Shown: positions 22,611 to 37,136 of the stretch, one piece after another | Position numbering within the stretch: position 1 is the first letter of the stretch | How the letters are laid out: every line of letters starts with the position of its first letter | Assembly: GCA_009103225.1 (NCBI GenBank) | Contig: RHPI01003389.1 | Coordinates: forward strand, 725,162 to 789,161 | Direction of reading: 5' to 3' | DNA length: 64,000 bases | DNA from: Chlorokybus atmophyticus | Taxonomy: Eukaryota > Plantae > Mesostigma and Chlorokybus algae | Translations under genes and position numbers: made by a program | Notes under the pieces: model-generated | Seen by the model: only the letters and a program-made list of their open reading frames with translations | Told to the model about the DNA's origin: nothing | Database searches by the model: none

Positions 22611-25600
22611 ATGTTTGAGGGTATAGTGTACCAGCTGCTCGCCAACTACTTGGAGCATTATGTCAAAGACCTTCAGAGGGAGCGCTTGCGCGTTGGCCTT
22701 TGGAGTGGTAAGTCGCAGCAAATTACTCACACTCCTCAACAACTTGCCCCAAGCAGAATGAGAGTTAATTTGGTTGCTTCCAGCTTTCAAGTCCAATTGT
22801 GTACCTGTCAATAACCAGAATTGCGTATCCGTTGTTTTCTACAATCTATCCAGAGCGTGAAGCAGTTGTGCGTGTGGGTGCTGTGCGCACACCTGCAACT
22901 GCGAGTTGTTCATGCATGCTTTCAGCTAGCACCATACAGCCACGCCAATACTCCGCAATTGTTGATCGACACGCACTGCCTCATGCAGGTTGCATGCCAG
23001 CATCAAAGGTGCCTCTAGCAGGTGCACCTGCTACCTGGTAGCAGAGGCACCTTTGATGCTGGCATGCAACCTGTTTCTGTGTGCTTGCCTACTGGTTACT
23101 GGGGTTGGACTTGTGTTTTGGTGCGTTGGTGCGTAGTCTCTGTTGCAAGAACGACACCGAGTAGTACTGCTTGAGCACGTCAATGCAACTGTGCGTGTGG
23201 TCGTACAGGTGTTGTTGTGCTGGAGAACATTGAGCTCCGACTAGAGGCTTTGGACTTCTTGCTGCTGCCTTGCGCTGTCAAACATGGTGAGTCCCTTTAT
23301 AGTGTACTTGTGCTTTGTGCACATGACATGAGCACCTGAATTGCTTTGTCACTGTGTGGAACTTACATGGGCTCCCACTTGTGGAATGATACTTGTAATC
23401 AGGTGTCAGTCTTCCAGCATTAGTGTCATCAAGGGTGCAGGCCTAAAGTCACCTGACCTGATTAGGCCTCTTGTTCCTTCCAGGCTCAGTTGGTCGATTG
23501 CAGTTGCGGATTCCTTGGAACAAGCTCAGACGAGAGCCACTGGTGCTCACGCTTGAAGATGTGGTGCTGCGGTGCGGACCTCGCGATGATTGGGAGGTAC
23601 TGATTTGTTTGGACGCTTTTGTAACAACCTTTACAAGAACAAGCTATTGATGACAATGCTTCTTATAGTGGGAAGAAGGCCCGAGTGTCAAGCGAGAGCA
23701 GGAGGCGAAGAAGTCGCAGCTTGCTTCGGCGGAGATTGCACAGCTGTCGCATCAAGTCACCGGCAGCAGCAGTAAGTCCAGGTACCCCTGACATACTGCC
23801 TTTCATAATAGGAAAATATTCCTCAGCTGGCCCATTTGTGGTAAACTTGCGGCAAATGTGGTCGCAGGTCCTTTTTGTCCGCGTTCTGGAGCCGTATACT
23901 TGACAACGTGCAGCTTTCTGTGTACAACGTTCACATACGTTATGAAGACGCTAGAACGTGTCCTGAGCGACCGTTCGCTTTTGGTTTGACCCTTGCTCAA
24001 CTGACTGCACGCACCAGCGACGGATCAGGGCGCGTTGCCAATGTTCCTGGTGAGCTCTGATGCATTGCCAGTAAGTGCGAGTTGGATTGACAACAGTCTT
24101 ACAAGCAGCATGCACACATAGCATAGCCTGCTTTCTGATCAACCTCTGGTGCGCGTGCCGGATGCAGCTAGCTTTGTGCACAAGCTCATTGACATAAAGA
24201 CGTTGGGCTTGTACTGGGAGTCCCTGCAGCCAAATGATGAGCTCAAGTCGCTGCCTCTGGGGTCCATGGATGAGAGCTGGACAGAGGTCATTGGCAGCCG
24301 AATACCTGTGCTTGCTCCTGTGGATGTTTCAGTTAGGATCACCTGGAACAGGACAGGTACTCAACCTGGCTTTGTCGACACCTCTAACGGTCTCTGTATC
24401 CCATGCATCTGCAAGTTCAGTGCGTACTGCAACAGCCTGGCCTGCTTGCATCCTTGTCATTCAACATCTTCGTGTCATGCAGATGGTCTTGGTCAGTACC
24501 CTTCTGTTCTTGTCGTTCTTGACTCGCTAAGTTGCATGCTTGAGGATCGCCAGTACCGTGACGTGCTGCTCCTATCAGACGCATTATCAGTCTGCAAGTT
24601 GTACCAAAGGTACTGCAGCTTATAGTCCTTGCCCTTATCAAGCCACGTTTCCTTTATCCGTGCATTCCTGCTTACAATCAGAAGTAGGTGACTCACCTAG
24701 TGAGCTGCTTTGAGGATAGGGTGTGCTTGCACTGTCTGCAGAGTCGCCAATGGCATGGATGTTGGTGATGCAGGTATGCACGTTATAGGGCGCCCACTTG
24801 GTACACTCGCGAGGAAGGCTGGCAGTCTGATGCCTGGCGGTATGCCATTCAGGCAACGCTTCATGACGTTCGCCCAGATTTTCAGCGACAAAGGAAGGAC
24901 TACATGGTACAGCGCGCAAAGACAGCAGTCCGTTATGTCAAGTTGTATGGTACCAAGTTGGAGGAACTGCGACGCGGTCAGCAGTTGCCAGCACCAGAGA
25001 CCGGGAAGCTGTATGAGATGGAGTGCATGCTGCCCTTTGAAGACGTTGTGCTGCTTCGATCCGTTGCTGAGGAGCAGGTGAAGCAGCCTTCCAAAACTCT
25101 GTTTTCACCCACACCCGATTCCAAGCAGTCAAGAGGTTGGGTAAGTTGGTTGACTTTGGGAGTGCTCGCGCCAAGTGATCACTCCAGTACGGCCTCCGAC
25201 AACTCCCATATACTGGACATCTCAGCGTTAGAGCAAGACTTTCAGGTGACAGTGTGCGCTAATGCGCTACCAGCAGCGCATGCAGAGGCTGTTATGCTGC
25301 CTGTGGCATTCTGCAAACGGCGTTGTTTTCACCTGGACAGGTGCTGTACGATGAGATGGATGACTCTGTCTTGGCGGAAGACACAACCATGTGGTCCCCG
25401 CAAAGCAGTAAACCTCAAGCCACTGCCATCACCTGCCGCGCAAAGTCCATGACAGTGACCCTGTGTCGCAGCATAGACAACGAGAGTATCATACGGTTTT
25501 CACTGGAGCGGATCAAATGGAGTGGTCAACTTCAGGGAGAACTTCTCAATGCCCGCTTGTCTGTTGGACTGGTATCAGCAGAGGACCTGAGCACGCCTGG

Positions 25601-28600
25601 CACGTTGTATGGGTATGTACTGCAACCGCGCTCATGGAGTGAGTCTGCGCCATCATCGCCATCATCAAGCCGGAACAGTTCGCGGAGTGGGCGCAGCGGA
25701 CGGCAGTCTCACAAGCAAGAAAGCAAGCAGCCTTTGCTGGAGATCAGCATCGAGTCGCATGAGAAGGAGCTGACTACGTTGCAGGTAAGCGCGTGAAGGC
25801 AGCTGAGCGGCGTCAGCTTGAACAAGCAATTGCGACTGTTGGTGGCTGTCTTGCACTGTGACACTTATACCTACCGCAAATTTTGCCCCTTGTGCTCTTT
25901 GGCCACCAATGTTGCCTGTTGGCAGGTTCACTTTCGGCCCGTGGAGTTGGTCTACAGCACGACTTGCGTGACGGGTCTGGTAGCATTTTTCACTCCACCA
26001 ATGGTCACATACCAAGACTATTTGCTGGATGCCATCAATTCCTTAAGGCCCCCAGACGTGGTTGCGGAGTCCAAGTTGCGGTTGGCTTTGCAGTCAAGTC
26101 ACACTCTGTCGCTGAACATTCAGTTGGACAGTCCCATGGTGCTATTCCCGGCATCCACACATGCTGTGCACAGCACAGTGCTGGCATTAATCATAGGCTC
26201 AATGAGTGTGAGTAAGTCAAACCAACGACTGCCAGCACACGGTGCTAGCCATCTTGGCGCTGGACAGGTGAGTGAAAATAAATTCCCTGATGGATAGACC
26301 ACCTTTGTAGCGAATGGCTAGCACAGTCTGGTCTTAACCATGGCAACCGCCAGGTTTGTGGACAGACTGTTTCATGTACAGCATGTTGTCCCGATTTTGT
26401 ATGGTCCAACAGAGGTGTGTCATGCAGATTGACCAGCTGTTGGAAAAAGTCGTGTTCTCCCGCTATGCTGTCATTGCCAACCATACCCAAGTGCTGATCC
26501 TTCAGCAAGGTGACGAACTCTTGGATGGCTCATTTGAGGACCTGATGCTGGCTGGTCCTGTTGACCTGGTTTCGGAGGTCAAGGTCAGCAACTTTGTTAG
26601 TGACAACTCGTTGACTTCCGTCATGATTACTGGCAAAGTGCCGGCCGGGCAAAGGCTGATGCTGCACCTGCCGCCCGCGCATTGTGCCCGTCTTGCAGCC
26701 TATTTCCAAGCGTAAGTGTGAGCTGACACGCACTCGTTCCCCGTTTAAGCCAGTCCTCTGCCTCGCTACAATTGTTCTGTGCTCTCAAGTTGTCTCATTG
26801 CTGCACATGCTTCCTGACTTCAACCCCATTCCTGCTCAGTTATCCGCATGTCTGCTCGCAGGCCAGCGGAAGCAGTGGATGCAAGTGCGTGGAGATTGAG
26901 CAGTGCCGTGGCCGTTCCAACCAGGCAAACTTGCGAGGCACCTGTTAATACGATGGTCATTGACACAGCCACGCCAGCCTCCCTTGTAGTGGAAGTTGTG
27001 TTGCCGGAAGTAGTTGTGGACACAGAGATACCAGGAGTCTACAGCTCTGAAGATGTGCCCCTGTCTCTCTGCCTTAGAACTGTCCAAACTCGGTACGTGC
27101 ACCTAACTGCTTAATTAATCTGTCTCTTTTGGATCACGAACAATGGTTGCTGTTACATGCAGCGTAGCTTTAAGGACTGCGGTTCAGCAATTCCAGCTTG
27201 ACATTGACTCCATACAAGTCACCAATGCCTCGCGCTCTGAAGACACTGCAATGCGCACTTTGTTATCTGTGGGGAACTTGGCATCTTCCAGCACTGGACC
27301 GGCTGCAACGCTTGCATACACAACTTTGCAAAGTCCGTCACTGGTTCACGTTCATGACATTGCAATCCATGCATATCTATCAGGACTTATTTGCCGGCTT
27401 TCTCCAAGTATGATTGTAGCCTGCTCAAGATTGGTGACGCTGGCTACCGCACCGGCAACAGCTTCGGCCCCACAAAGTCCTCCTCAGGAGTCACCTGTAC
27501 AGGAGTTGCCCACTACTACGCCGCGCACACCAGATCACACGGCTAGGTAAACAACACCATAGCACAGCGTGCCAGTACAGACAGACTGCTACTCTGTGGT
27601 TGTGCTTTACATGTACTTGCAGATGGCTGGGGCTGCCACCAACGGAGTCTGTATCGGAGTTGCGACCGTGGAGAGGGACAGCCTATCGGCCTCTTGCGTC
27701 GCAGCGCAGTACAGACTACAGTGGCTCGTTCTTTACCGCGAACAGCACAGGCACTGGTTCAGACTACCAGACACCGTTAGCTCACATGGAGTCGCAAGGC
27801 AGCGGTCAATTCTTCACACCCATACAAGTATGTGCATTTACACAATGGGTGCCAGCACGCAGTCAAGTTGCTAACCAGTTTCGTGTTCAAGGGCCCCGAA
27901 GCTGCTGATGACTCATTGGATAATATCCCACCCCTGGCGCTGTGCGCAATGCCATCACCAAGGCCACCACCAAACCCCACGCTGCTTGGCACGCTGTCTG
28001 TCTCGGTGTCATCGCAGCAGTTGTCAACTTATCTGCATAGAGACGATGGCGGCAATGTTGCTGCGCTGCATGTGCCTTCCGCAATCATGCAACTGCAAAA
28101 GTCAGCTACAGAAGGCCGCTACAAGTGCTTCGGCGAAATGACTGGCATGCTTGTGAGCTGTCATGCTGTACAACGCAAAGCGTGGGACATCGTATTTGGG
28201 GCATCCCATGACGAGCCGGCAATGGCATGCAGCTTTCGTGCAACAATGGAGCCTGGCATTATGGGTGAAGGCCATGCAGCGGATGCTTCGGTATCGTGCG
28301 CTCATGCTCGCTTCATGTGCTGGACAGAGCACATTCAGCTCCTTGTGGACTACGTGCAGGACATACAATATGCCTTTCTGCAACCAACAACCGAACTTGC
28401 CGAACCACTGCAGCAGGATCGCAGCGTGCCTGTTGTTTACGGCAGCCCAGATGGTGGCGAGTTGAGTGCTTGGTATGAAGCCCGCGCTTCATTCACAGGG
28501 GATGATGCGTCACCGTTGCCATCATGGCATGAAGCGGATCTATCCAGCACGCCAGTGATCGCACCAGAAGCCGTGCCACCTGCTACGCCGCTTCTGCTCT

Positions 28601-31600
28601 CCTTCATGTTAAAGACTGTTGTGTCCGACTTTGCTATGATTGTGCCGACCACAGCTGCCGCATTGCACCCGAATGTCATTGTCGGTATCGAAAGAGCGGA
28701 TGTTACAGTGACGAGTTGTGCCGTCAATGGGGACGGTTTTGATGATGCAGATCAGTCTGCGAAGCCCTGGATATCAGCGCATGTTGATGGACTCGCACTG
28801 AGCGTGTTGGACGAGAATGGTGTCTCTGCTGGGCAGCTGCATGGTTGGCATCATCACGTCATCGAGCGCACATCTGCAGAGGTTTGCATTGGCATAGTGG
28901 AGGATGTGCAGGATTGGCGTGTGAGCATTCCCGACATGGCAGTGTACGCCTCAGGTACGTCGTTCACTTGTAGCCCTATCATCACTCATCGCACATGCAC
29001 GCCCGCAATGAGTGCCATGTACGTCCTTGCACGCATACATGGCACTCATGGCAGGTGCTGATATTGCCACAATGGCGGATATTCTCAGCAGCAATCTTCG
29101 TCATTGGCCGTCAGGCGGTGCCTTGAAGGCAGACGTTCAACGGCGACGATGCGACTTTGCTCTGGCCTCTCTGGCCTTCCATTACGCAGCCGTGGTGCCA
29201 CAGTCGCAAGAGCTGTCCATTGTGCAGTTGGCTGCTTCTGACATCAAGTCAACTGTCACTATTCATCTGGAAGAGACCGCCCAGACTCGAGCAAACCTGT
29301 TCATGCGTCATGCTGAGTGTCGTTACGCCAATCAAAAGGAAGAAGCTGCTGGCCATTTTGTTGGTTTGGCAACGATTGGAAGCGCCCAACATCCTCAAGG
29401 AGTCCATGCACAGCTCTCACAACAGCAGCAGCAGATGGTTGTGGAGGTCCTAAACGATGGGACTGTGAGCATGGAGCTCGTCCTGCAGGGTGTGTCAGCT
29501 ATTGTGTACCCGTTGCTGTGGAGTAAAGCCGAACGAGTACTGCATGACTTTGTGTCCATCAGGCAAACAAGCAGCAGTCAACACGCTGCCAACAATCCTA
29601 TTCGTTTACACCTCATGGCCAGAGGATGTGAGGTGATCTTGCCGGACCGTCACAGCCATGACAAGCGTAGTAAGTCCAAGCGGCGAAGGCTATCCTTTTC
29701 CGTGCCCAAGCAGGACGTTCTGGTGCTGGCCTTTGCTGTAGAGCTCAACGCGACGTCTTCAGGAAGCAGAAGCTCGCTGACGTGTATGATCTCTCCATTT
29801 GAACTTAGCATTGATCGCCGCCGACTTACGCCTCAACCAGCGGCTACATTTCCTGTCTCTTCCCAGAACGAGAAACAGCTAATTTTGCGAGCTGCGCAGA
29901 TGCTTTGTACCTTGGAAAGCCAACCAAAAGCAGTTCTTTCCTTGTCGCTGCCCCTGGTGACCGCGTATTGCACATACCGCATGGTGCGCTTCTTTATGCG
30001 ATTTCCCTGGTCTAGAAGTGCTGCAGCACCGGTAGTTTCTGGTGCTGAGAAAGCCATGGAACGCGCCGTAGCATCACAAGACCACCCTTGGCTACACAGC
30101 GTGCACCTGGAACTGATCCGAGGTGCAGTTCTCTTTGTTGATGATCGCTGGAATGGAGAGGTTCCCCTGGCAGAGTTGCTCATTGAGGACTTCACAGTAG
30201 AAGCTGAGCAGAATGCCGATGCAGTAACCGCAAGAGTCAGTGCCCTCATACAAGCACAGTACCGCAACAATGAAAAGGTTTGCATTCCCAACATCATAAA
30301 CACCAGTCGGGTGTGCATGCGTGAAGCCTTGCATTTGCTTGATATATGCTTCTGCAGGTTGCCTGGGAGCCGATCGTGGAGCGTTTTCGATTGACTGTAT
30401 TCTGTAAAGGCAACAAAGGCATTTCCCACTTGCAGTCGAATGAGGCTCGTGTTGCTGTTGACATGCAAGCGGATCTCCTCAACATCAACCTGACCGCTGC
30501 ACTAGCAGAGTCCTTAGCATGGGTTGCTGAGACGCTGCTGGACAGTCTGAGCCGTTCGCAGGGTGCCATGGTAATGCTCGTGTCATGCAAGCTTGCAATG
30601 CAGTGAGACTATGAACCTGCAGCTCATGGAGACGTCCGCAGACAAGCTCAGCGTACGAGCCTCTACCCGATCGTCAGCATTCGCCTTATGTGCTTGTCAA
30701 CCAAACTGGTGTTCCTGTGAGCTATTGGACTGAAGGTGTTACTGACCAGCGCTCAAGTGTATCTGGTGTACTGCAATCAGGTATGAATGTCAGATGCATG
30801 TAGCACCATTTAGCAACAGCTGTTCACAAAGGTGCCTATCGAGTTCGTGCAAACTCTTTGTTGTTTCATGCAGGTTCAGCAGTGCCTCTGTTCGCAAACT
30901 CTGGTGCTATACTGCGAGGGACCTACGAGAGTGGACTTGCTGGTGAGGATACGCAAGCTGCTCGAGCATACCTTTCTCGGTAACCCTCCAGTCACTCTGT
31001 GTTGTGGTTTTTGGTGTCCACTGACACAATAGACCGCCTATCACATGCATCCATGTAGACAATGCCAGCACTGTGGTGCTATTCCAAGGGAATGCCCTTG
31101 CCTGAATTAGTACGGAACTGATGCTGGTGGCTTCATGCCATGGCAGACATCAAGCAATCCGCGTTCAACTAGATGGTGCTGATTCCCTTTCGCCACCTCT
31201 GTCGCTGGACATGCTGGGTCACACAACCTTTCAGTTCACCATTTCTAGAGGTGCGATATGACATTACCGTGTGTGTCACTGTGCGTTGGTATACATTGTT
31301 GATGTTGTTAAATCCATCAGTGTGCACCTGCCCTACGCCAGCAGAGTACTGTACGTGGTAGCATATTGAACCAGCCGTACGTCCATGTTGTGTGTGTGCA
31401 CAGGTGGACGCTCGTCAGCAGCACACAATGGCACAGGAGCGTCACATGCTGTACAGGTGCTGCAGTCCCTTTTGCCATTTTTATTGCTAACTTGTCTAAC
31501 ACCACCGCGTCCATGCGCTGATCTATCGTGTACAGGATGTGACAGTGCTTTGTGAAGTGGAATGCTGGCGTCATAGCAAGCGGTTCGTGTTGCACTCAAC

Positions 31601-34600
31601 CGTGTGTATGGTAAACAAGGCATCTGTGCCAATAGAGCTGCTTTTCTCAACAACAAGTCCCACCGCAAAGTCGAGCACTTTCCAGGCAAGTGGCATTGGT
31701 AACCTGCAGGAGGAAGGGTCTTGTTTTGTTGACAAGTGTCAGTGTTTGTACTTATGCTTTTGTGCACGCTGCAGGTGCCACCTAATGGAGGCAAGATCTG
31801 GTTTCCTGTATACATGATTGCTGCACAGCTCCGATGGAGACCGATAGGTCGCGCGTTCCACTGGAGTTTACCAATCTCTCTTGTACAGTTGATTCAGTCG
31901 TCAGTTTACAACCAGCCGATGGTCACAGCATGCCCGTCGGAGCAACCCCACGGTGCTCTGTTTGAATGCTGCGTATCCTTGGATCAAGAGGTTCCAACTG
32001 CATCAAGATTGTCAACCGAGGTGGACAGTCCCATGCGGCCAATCACATGCATCACCGTTTGGCCACCTCTGACCCTTGAAAACAATCTTCCAGAACCTCT
32101 TGAAGCTTCCATAGACACCGCTTCAACACACACTTTGGCTCACGTCCCTGCGGGTTGGTGTGATTTTAGCTCCGGACATGCATTGCCTTCAGTTTCTTGC
32201 GGAACACAACGTCATCACTCGTGTTATAGCTGAACTCGACCCTCGCGTGCACAGGCGGTACAGCTGTTGTGTATGAAGTTGACACCTTGCAGCCAGTTCA
32301 GATTGCATTTCGCTTGCATGGCGTTTGGAGCGATCATGTGCGCTTGCCAACTGCCAAGTCAGTGGCCAACACAGAGCCACGCGGCGATAGGGGTGAAGAC
32401 TCACCGCTTGTTGCGTCAAAACTTTCGTTGCAGACGGCAGGAGGTCAGTGCAGCCAGTAAGTCACATCGCTCAGTGCAATATGCGCTTCAGGCTAATTTC
32501 TCATACCAGGTACAAGCGTGGTGATCGACTTGGAGGCAACAAGCGTTGCAAGCGCTGCTCGCTTTGTGTGCATAACATGCCCGTTCATTCTTTACAACGG
32601 CACAGGCTTGTCACTGGGCCTGTGCGACCCCATAGATAGTGCCATGCACGAAATCTTGCTGCCAGCTGTGAACGCAAGGCACCTGCGGAACTCTGCTGCG
32701 TCTCCAATGCTGGACTCTCCAAAACATGAGTATGTAGGGCTTGCAGAGGTACGACAGACTCATCGCATTACTTGCTCGTTGTTGGTTGGCCATATATGTC
32801 ACCAGCGTGTGTGTACAAAAGGTGCTCGTGTGTTGTGGTCTTGCAAGGCTGTGATACCGTCCCGTTGACACTGTTAGTTGTTGTATCAGCATCTGACATG
32901 TTTGGACATGGTTATTAGGAGAGCTCACAGATTACATGCCAACTCCCAGGTTTTGTCCATAGCGCGGGCACCAAGTGCCGATCGCATCATTGACCTCCCG
33001 CAACGCATCGAGAGCAACAGTGTTGTCAAAGACATGCCGCGTGCAGCAAGAAGAGTTGAGCCAGTTGGCCTGGCTGTTGCCCTCATGCCATCTCAAAGCC
33101 GCGTTGTTCCAGGCATTTCAAAGCTTCGAACAGAGCCATTTGACGTGAAGGCCTTTGTTCCCGGTTCAAGCATTGAGCAGCCTGGCATCGAAGTGCCTGT
33201 TGATACGCTCACTTGCGGCCTGATGTACAGCCCAAAGTCAACGCGAACAGACGAGCCAATGCTGAAGCTGCGCTTGCTTCAAGACGAGATTGGTAAGGCG
33301 TACCCCAAAAACCTGTCACACCTTGATGGTTGCTTGACATAACCTTAATTCACATCATTGCAGACAAGGACTCCTGGTCACAACCTTTCGGTCTTGAGCC
33401 AGCTGGCGGCCTTGGCGTGGTGTATGTGCCCAGCAACAAGCACCAAGGAGTGTTTGCCTTTGCAGTATCGACAGCCCCAAAGTTCAATGGCCGTACAAAA
33501 GTTGTGGCCGTACAGCCACGGTACGCAACACAAGCGCCATTTTGCTGTTTGCATACGCGTCGACAACCTGACCAGCGACTTGTGTAAATCCACTTGCAAA
33601 CAGGTATGTCGTTGTAAATGCAACCCAGAAAGGTCTCTGCTACAAGCAACAAGGATCAGAAGTCTATCACCGCTTGCCAGCTGGCGCTCGACATCAGTTT
33701 CATTGGCGCAGTACCAGCAGGTAAAAATGTGCACATATTGGCTAATGGCAACAAGAGCCATTGCTGATCGCGCTTGTGCGTGACAGAAACTTTCTAATAA
33801 GTATAAGATTGGATGAGCACGGGTGGCTGTGGTCCGGAGGGTTCGCGCCAGACAGACTGGGAGAGACTCAAGTCAAGATTCGCCACACCAGCAACCGTAC
33901 CATTCGCGTAGTTCGTGTTGATGTGAGCACTCCTCAGCGTACTTCCGCACCTACCAGGTTTGGCAATGGCAGTACTTGGGCACAGTTGCCATGCTTCATG
34001 GTATAACTTCTGGGTTGCTGATGGTAGTTTGCACGTGTACTGTACTGTGCAGTGCGACAGGTAGCGGGATGGGCACCTGTGTTGTAGTCATTACGGACCA
34101 CGAGCCTGGCTTCACACCGTACCGGATCGACAACCACTCCTCTGTGACAATCCGTTTCAAGCAGAAGAATGTGAACACACTGGAGGACACACTGGCACCA
34201 TACAGTTCATGTGCATACGCCTGGGATGAGCCCTGCTTTCCACATCGCCTGCTTGTTGAGGCTGTAGGACACGGCATGCTTGGTATGCTGCCAGCTGCAA
34301 ATCACTTAACTATACACATGTGTCTTGTATCATGCGTAGAAGTGTTGGTCTACAACTGGCAGGTACCTTCCAGTTGGATGAAGTTGCCGAGTACAGCAGT
34401 GACATCTTTCCCACAACGTTGCAGCGCCACGAGAAGAAGCTTCAGATATCCGTCATTGCAGAGGGCCCGACACGAGTTCTGGCCTTCACAGATGCGCGCA
34501 GGCATGATTTGCCGGCTAGTTATAACGCCGTTGGTGGCATGACTGCCCTTGGCCAGATGCGTGTGGCCATGCACATACACATCACCACTTTGGGCCTATC

Positions 34601-37136
34601 TGTAATAGAGGATACTCCGCAGGTCTGCAGTTGCTCTTGCTTCATGTTGTCTTGTACTTGTCAACCACGCCATGATACTAATCACAAGTTTTCAGGAATT
34701 GCTTTATGCGTCAATGAGCGATGTCACATTCACGTATGCCCGCGGCGAGTTGGAGCACGCTTACGACGTCACAGTGCAAGCCTTGCAGTTGGATAATCAG
34801 CTCAGGAATGCAACCTTTCCAGTGGTACTGACAGGAGAAGGTTCCTCTTCACCCATATGGCCAAGGGCAAGGTTCAACTGGAAAAAGAAGCGTATCACAA
34901 CTGCTCCCGTCGCAGACCCCATCTTCTCAATCAGGGTGATGCATTCACCGCGCCGAAGCCGCGCTGTCAGCTGCTTCCGTCTGGTTTCAGTGCAGCTGTT
35001 GCCCATCAAGGTGGAGTTGGAGGAGGAATGGGTGCTGCGTGTACTGCAGTTCTGCCAGACACTCGCACAGTACCAGTCTACAGTTTCACACCTCGTGAAA
35101 ACGTGGGACCGCGATGGCCTGATCAGCCAACTGTTTGATGGTAAGTGCTTGGTTGTGGCTGATGTGTCACGCGATTTTTGATGTGAGCTCTTATGGTCGA
35201 GTTGTGCAATTGACATCTGATACCACTTGACCAGAAACCGATGAGAAGCCAAGCGACTGGATTGACACCACCATGAAGGGTGTCAGAAGCAAAGTGTACA
35301 TAGAGCTTCTCGAGATAAGCGCTGTCAATGCTACCGTGACGTTTGCAAGTGCACCTTGGCTGCCCAATCAAAGCCGAGGAGCTGCAGCTCAAGGCCTCCT
35401 TCAGGTTGGGTGTTGGGTCTTTGCCGCGATGCACACCTTGTAGATTGCATTTGCTCTGGTCTGTTGTGGCATTGCTTTAACTTACGAGCTCTCCTCCTTG
35501 TAATCTTTGCCATCTTCATAATGCGAGCAGGCTGTTGGAGTTGCCTTGCAGCGCCGTGTGATGGCGCTGGCTGATGTGGAAGGCGCTTCACTGCGGTTGT
35601 CGCCGCTTGTCCTTCGTCACCCGCTGGCAGGGTGAGTGGCATCCAACATGGTTGATATAAGCCAGCATTGTCGACTTATTTATAACACACACGAGGCGTG
35701 CAGTGCTGTGATTTGCATCAGCAATTGTTGTCACTGTACACTAGACTCTTGTCGGTTGCAGCTGGACTGCGCTTCAAGGCATAGGTGCCCGGCACTACAC
35801 CAGACAAATCTACAAAGAGCTTTTCAAAGTGCTGGGCTCTGCGGATTTTCTCGGTAACCCTGTCGGGTTGCTGCAAAGCCTCAGCATAGGAATGTGGGAC
35901 TTTGTGGCAACGCCAGCGTGGGGTCTTGTACAGGTAAGTTGAGCTGACTGTTTCGAGTGTTGAGACGCGCGCATGCAAGTGCAGACCATTGCTTGTCATA
36001 TACCTGCAGCTGAGCCCGCGGCAGTTCACCAGAAGCATTGCTAGTGGCACGCGATCGCTCCTTGCGAACACGGTGTTTGCGTTGAGCAACGCTGCCAGCA
36101 AGATCAGCGGTGCGGCTCGCAAGAGTGTCGCTGCACTCATACTGGACGACTCTTACCTTGAAGAGATGGAGCGCAGAACTGTCAATCGCAATGCCCCACC
36201 CAACGACGTGCTTGGCGCCTTTCTTATTGGTATAGTAGCATGCCGCGCGTATTCACATACTTGCAATGCTTTCCTCTCCTGAAAAATTACTGGCTGGCAT
36301 TTCTGTGCAGGGCTCACTGGTCTCATGGAGCAGCCTGTGCGTGGAGCAGAAAAGGGCGGCATTCCTGGCATGCTGAAGGGCGCTTTCGCGGGTGTTGTTG
36401 GGGTTTTCGCGCGGCCTGCACTCAGCTTGCTTGAGCTCTCCAATCATACTGCACAGGTGTGCATACCAACTTTGTCCCTCTCTGTCATTGCGTGCTGACA
36501 GAATTGTGAGATACCTTCTGTTGTTGATTCTACTAATACTTTGCCCCCCCTCAGGCTTTTAGGAACTTGGCTCGCCATGCAACGGAGATGCCGACTCGGG
36601 TCCGACCGCCTCGTCTGGTGTCACTCGAGCTGCCTTTGCAACCCTACGAGCTCCACGAGGCCGTGGGCAGAGCGGTCATCTTTGAGATCAAGTCGGGTCA
36701 GTTTCGTCGCGACACATACGTCAATTGCACGCCGTTGGCAGAAGGCGGCCATTACGCGGTCCTCACGCAAACACACATGCTGTGGGTGCACGACATAGCA
36801 TGCGACGATCCAACGACAGTCAAGATTGCGACCTCGAACACAACATCACCAAAGCCCAATGCTATCTCGGGCCGCGGATGGGTCTTGTATTGGTCCTCTG
36901 CGCTGGAAGACGTGCTGTCGGTCCGCTTGGACACACGAGAAGTTGTCGTGTTGGCTTTGAGGCCTTCGACGGTTGGTTTGCAGGAGGGGCCCTTTGTGCA
37001 CGTGCGGCTGCGCTTCACTGAGGCAGACGCTGCACAAGAGTGGCAAAGACTGCTTACAGCCCACACTCTGGATGCAAACAGCAATCGCCAGGCTTGGCAG
37101 AATCGCAATGCCATGCATCACTTAGTTCTGCTGTGA
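22611..37136 (+). CDS. VPS13: VPS13-family bridge-like lipid transfer protein, many exons
   Basis: Chorein-N start MFEGIVYQLLANYLEHYVKDLQRERLRVGLWSG and RILDNVQLSVYNVHIRYED. VAB-like segments (TLENNLP, PYRIDNHS..YAWDEP), LQLDNQL, ATG_C-like GNPVGLLQSLSIGMWDF and GLMEQPVRGAEKGG. C-terminal RVRPPR/PH-like exon 36567-37136. Confidence 0.95.
22986..23073. repeat. Perfect 31-bp inverted repeat with a palindromic spacer in VPS13 intron 1
   Basis: caggttgcatgccagcatcaaaggtgcctct (22986-23016) and its exact reverse complement (23043-23073). Confidence 0.95.

Noticed and set aside
22399-22645. Longer N-terminal extension or separate small gene upstream of the Myb-PHD gene
   Set aside because: No in-frame ATG with a convincing splice path was found. 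It is more likely 5' UTR/promoter shared with VPS13.
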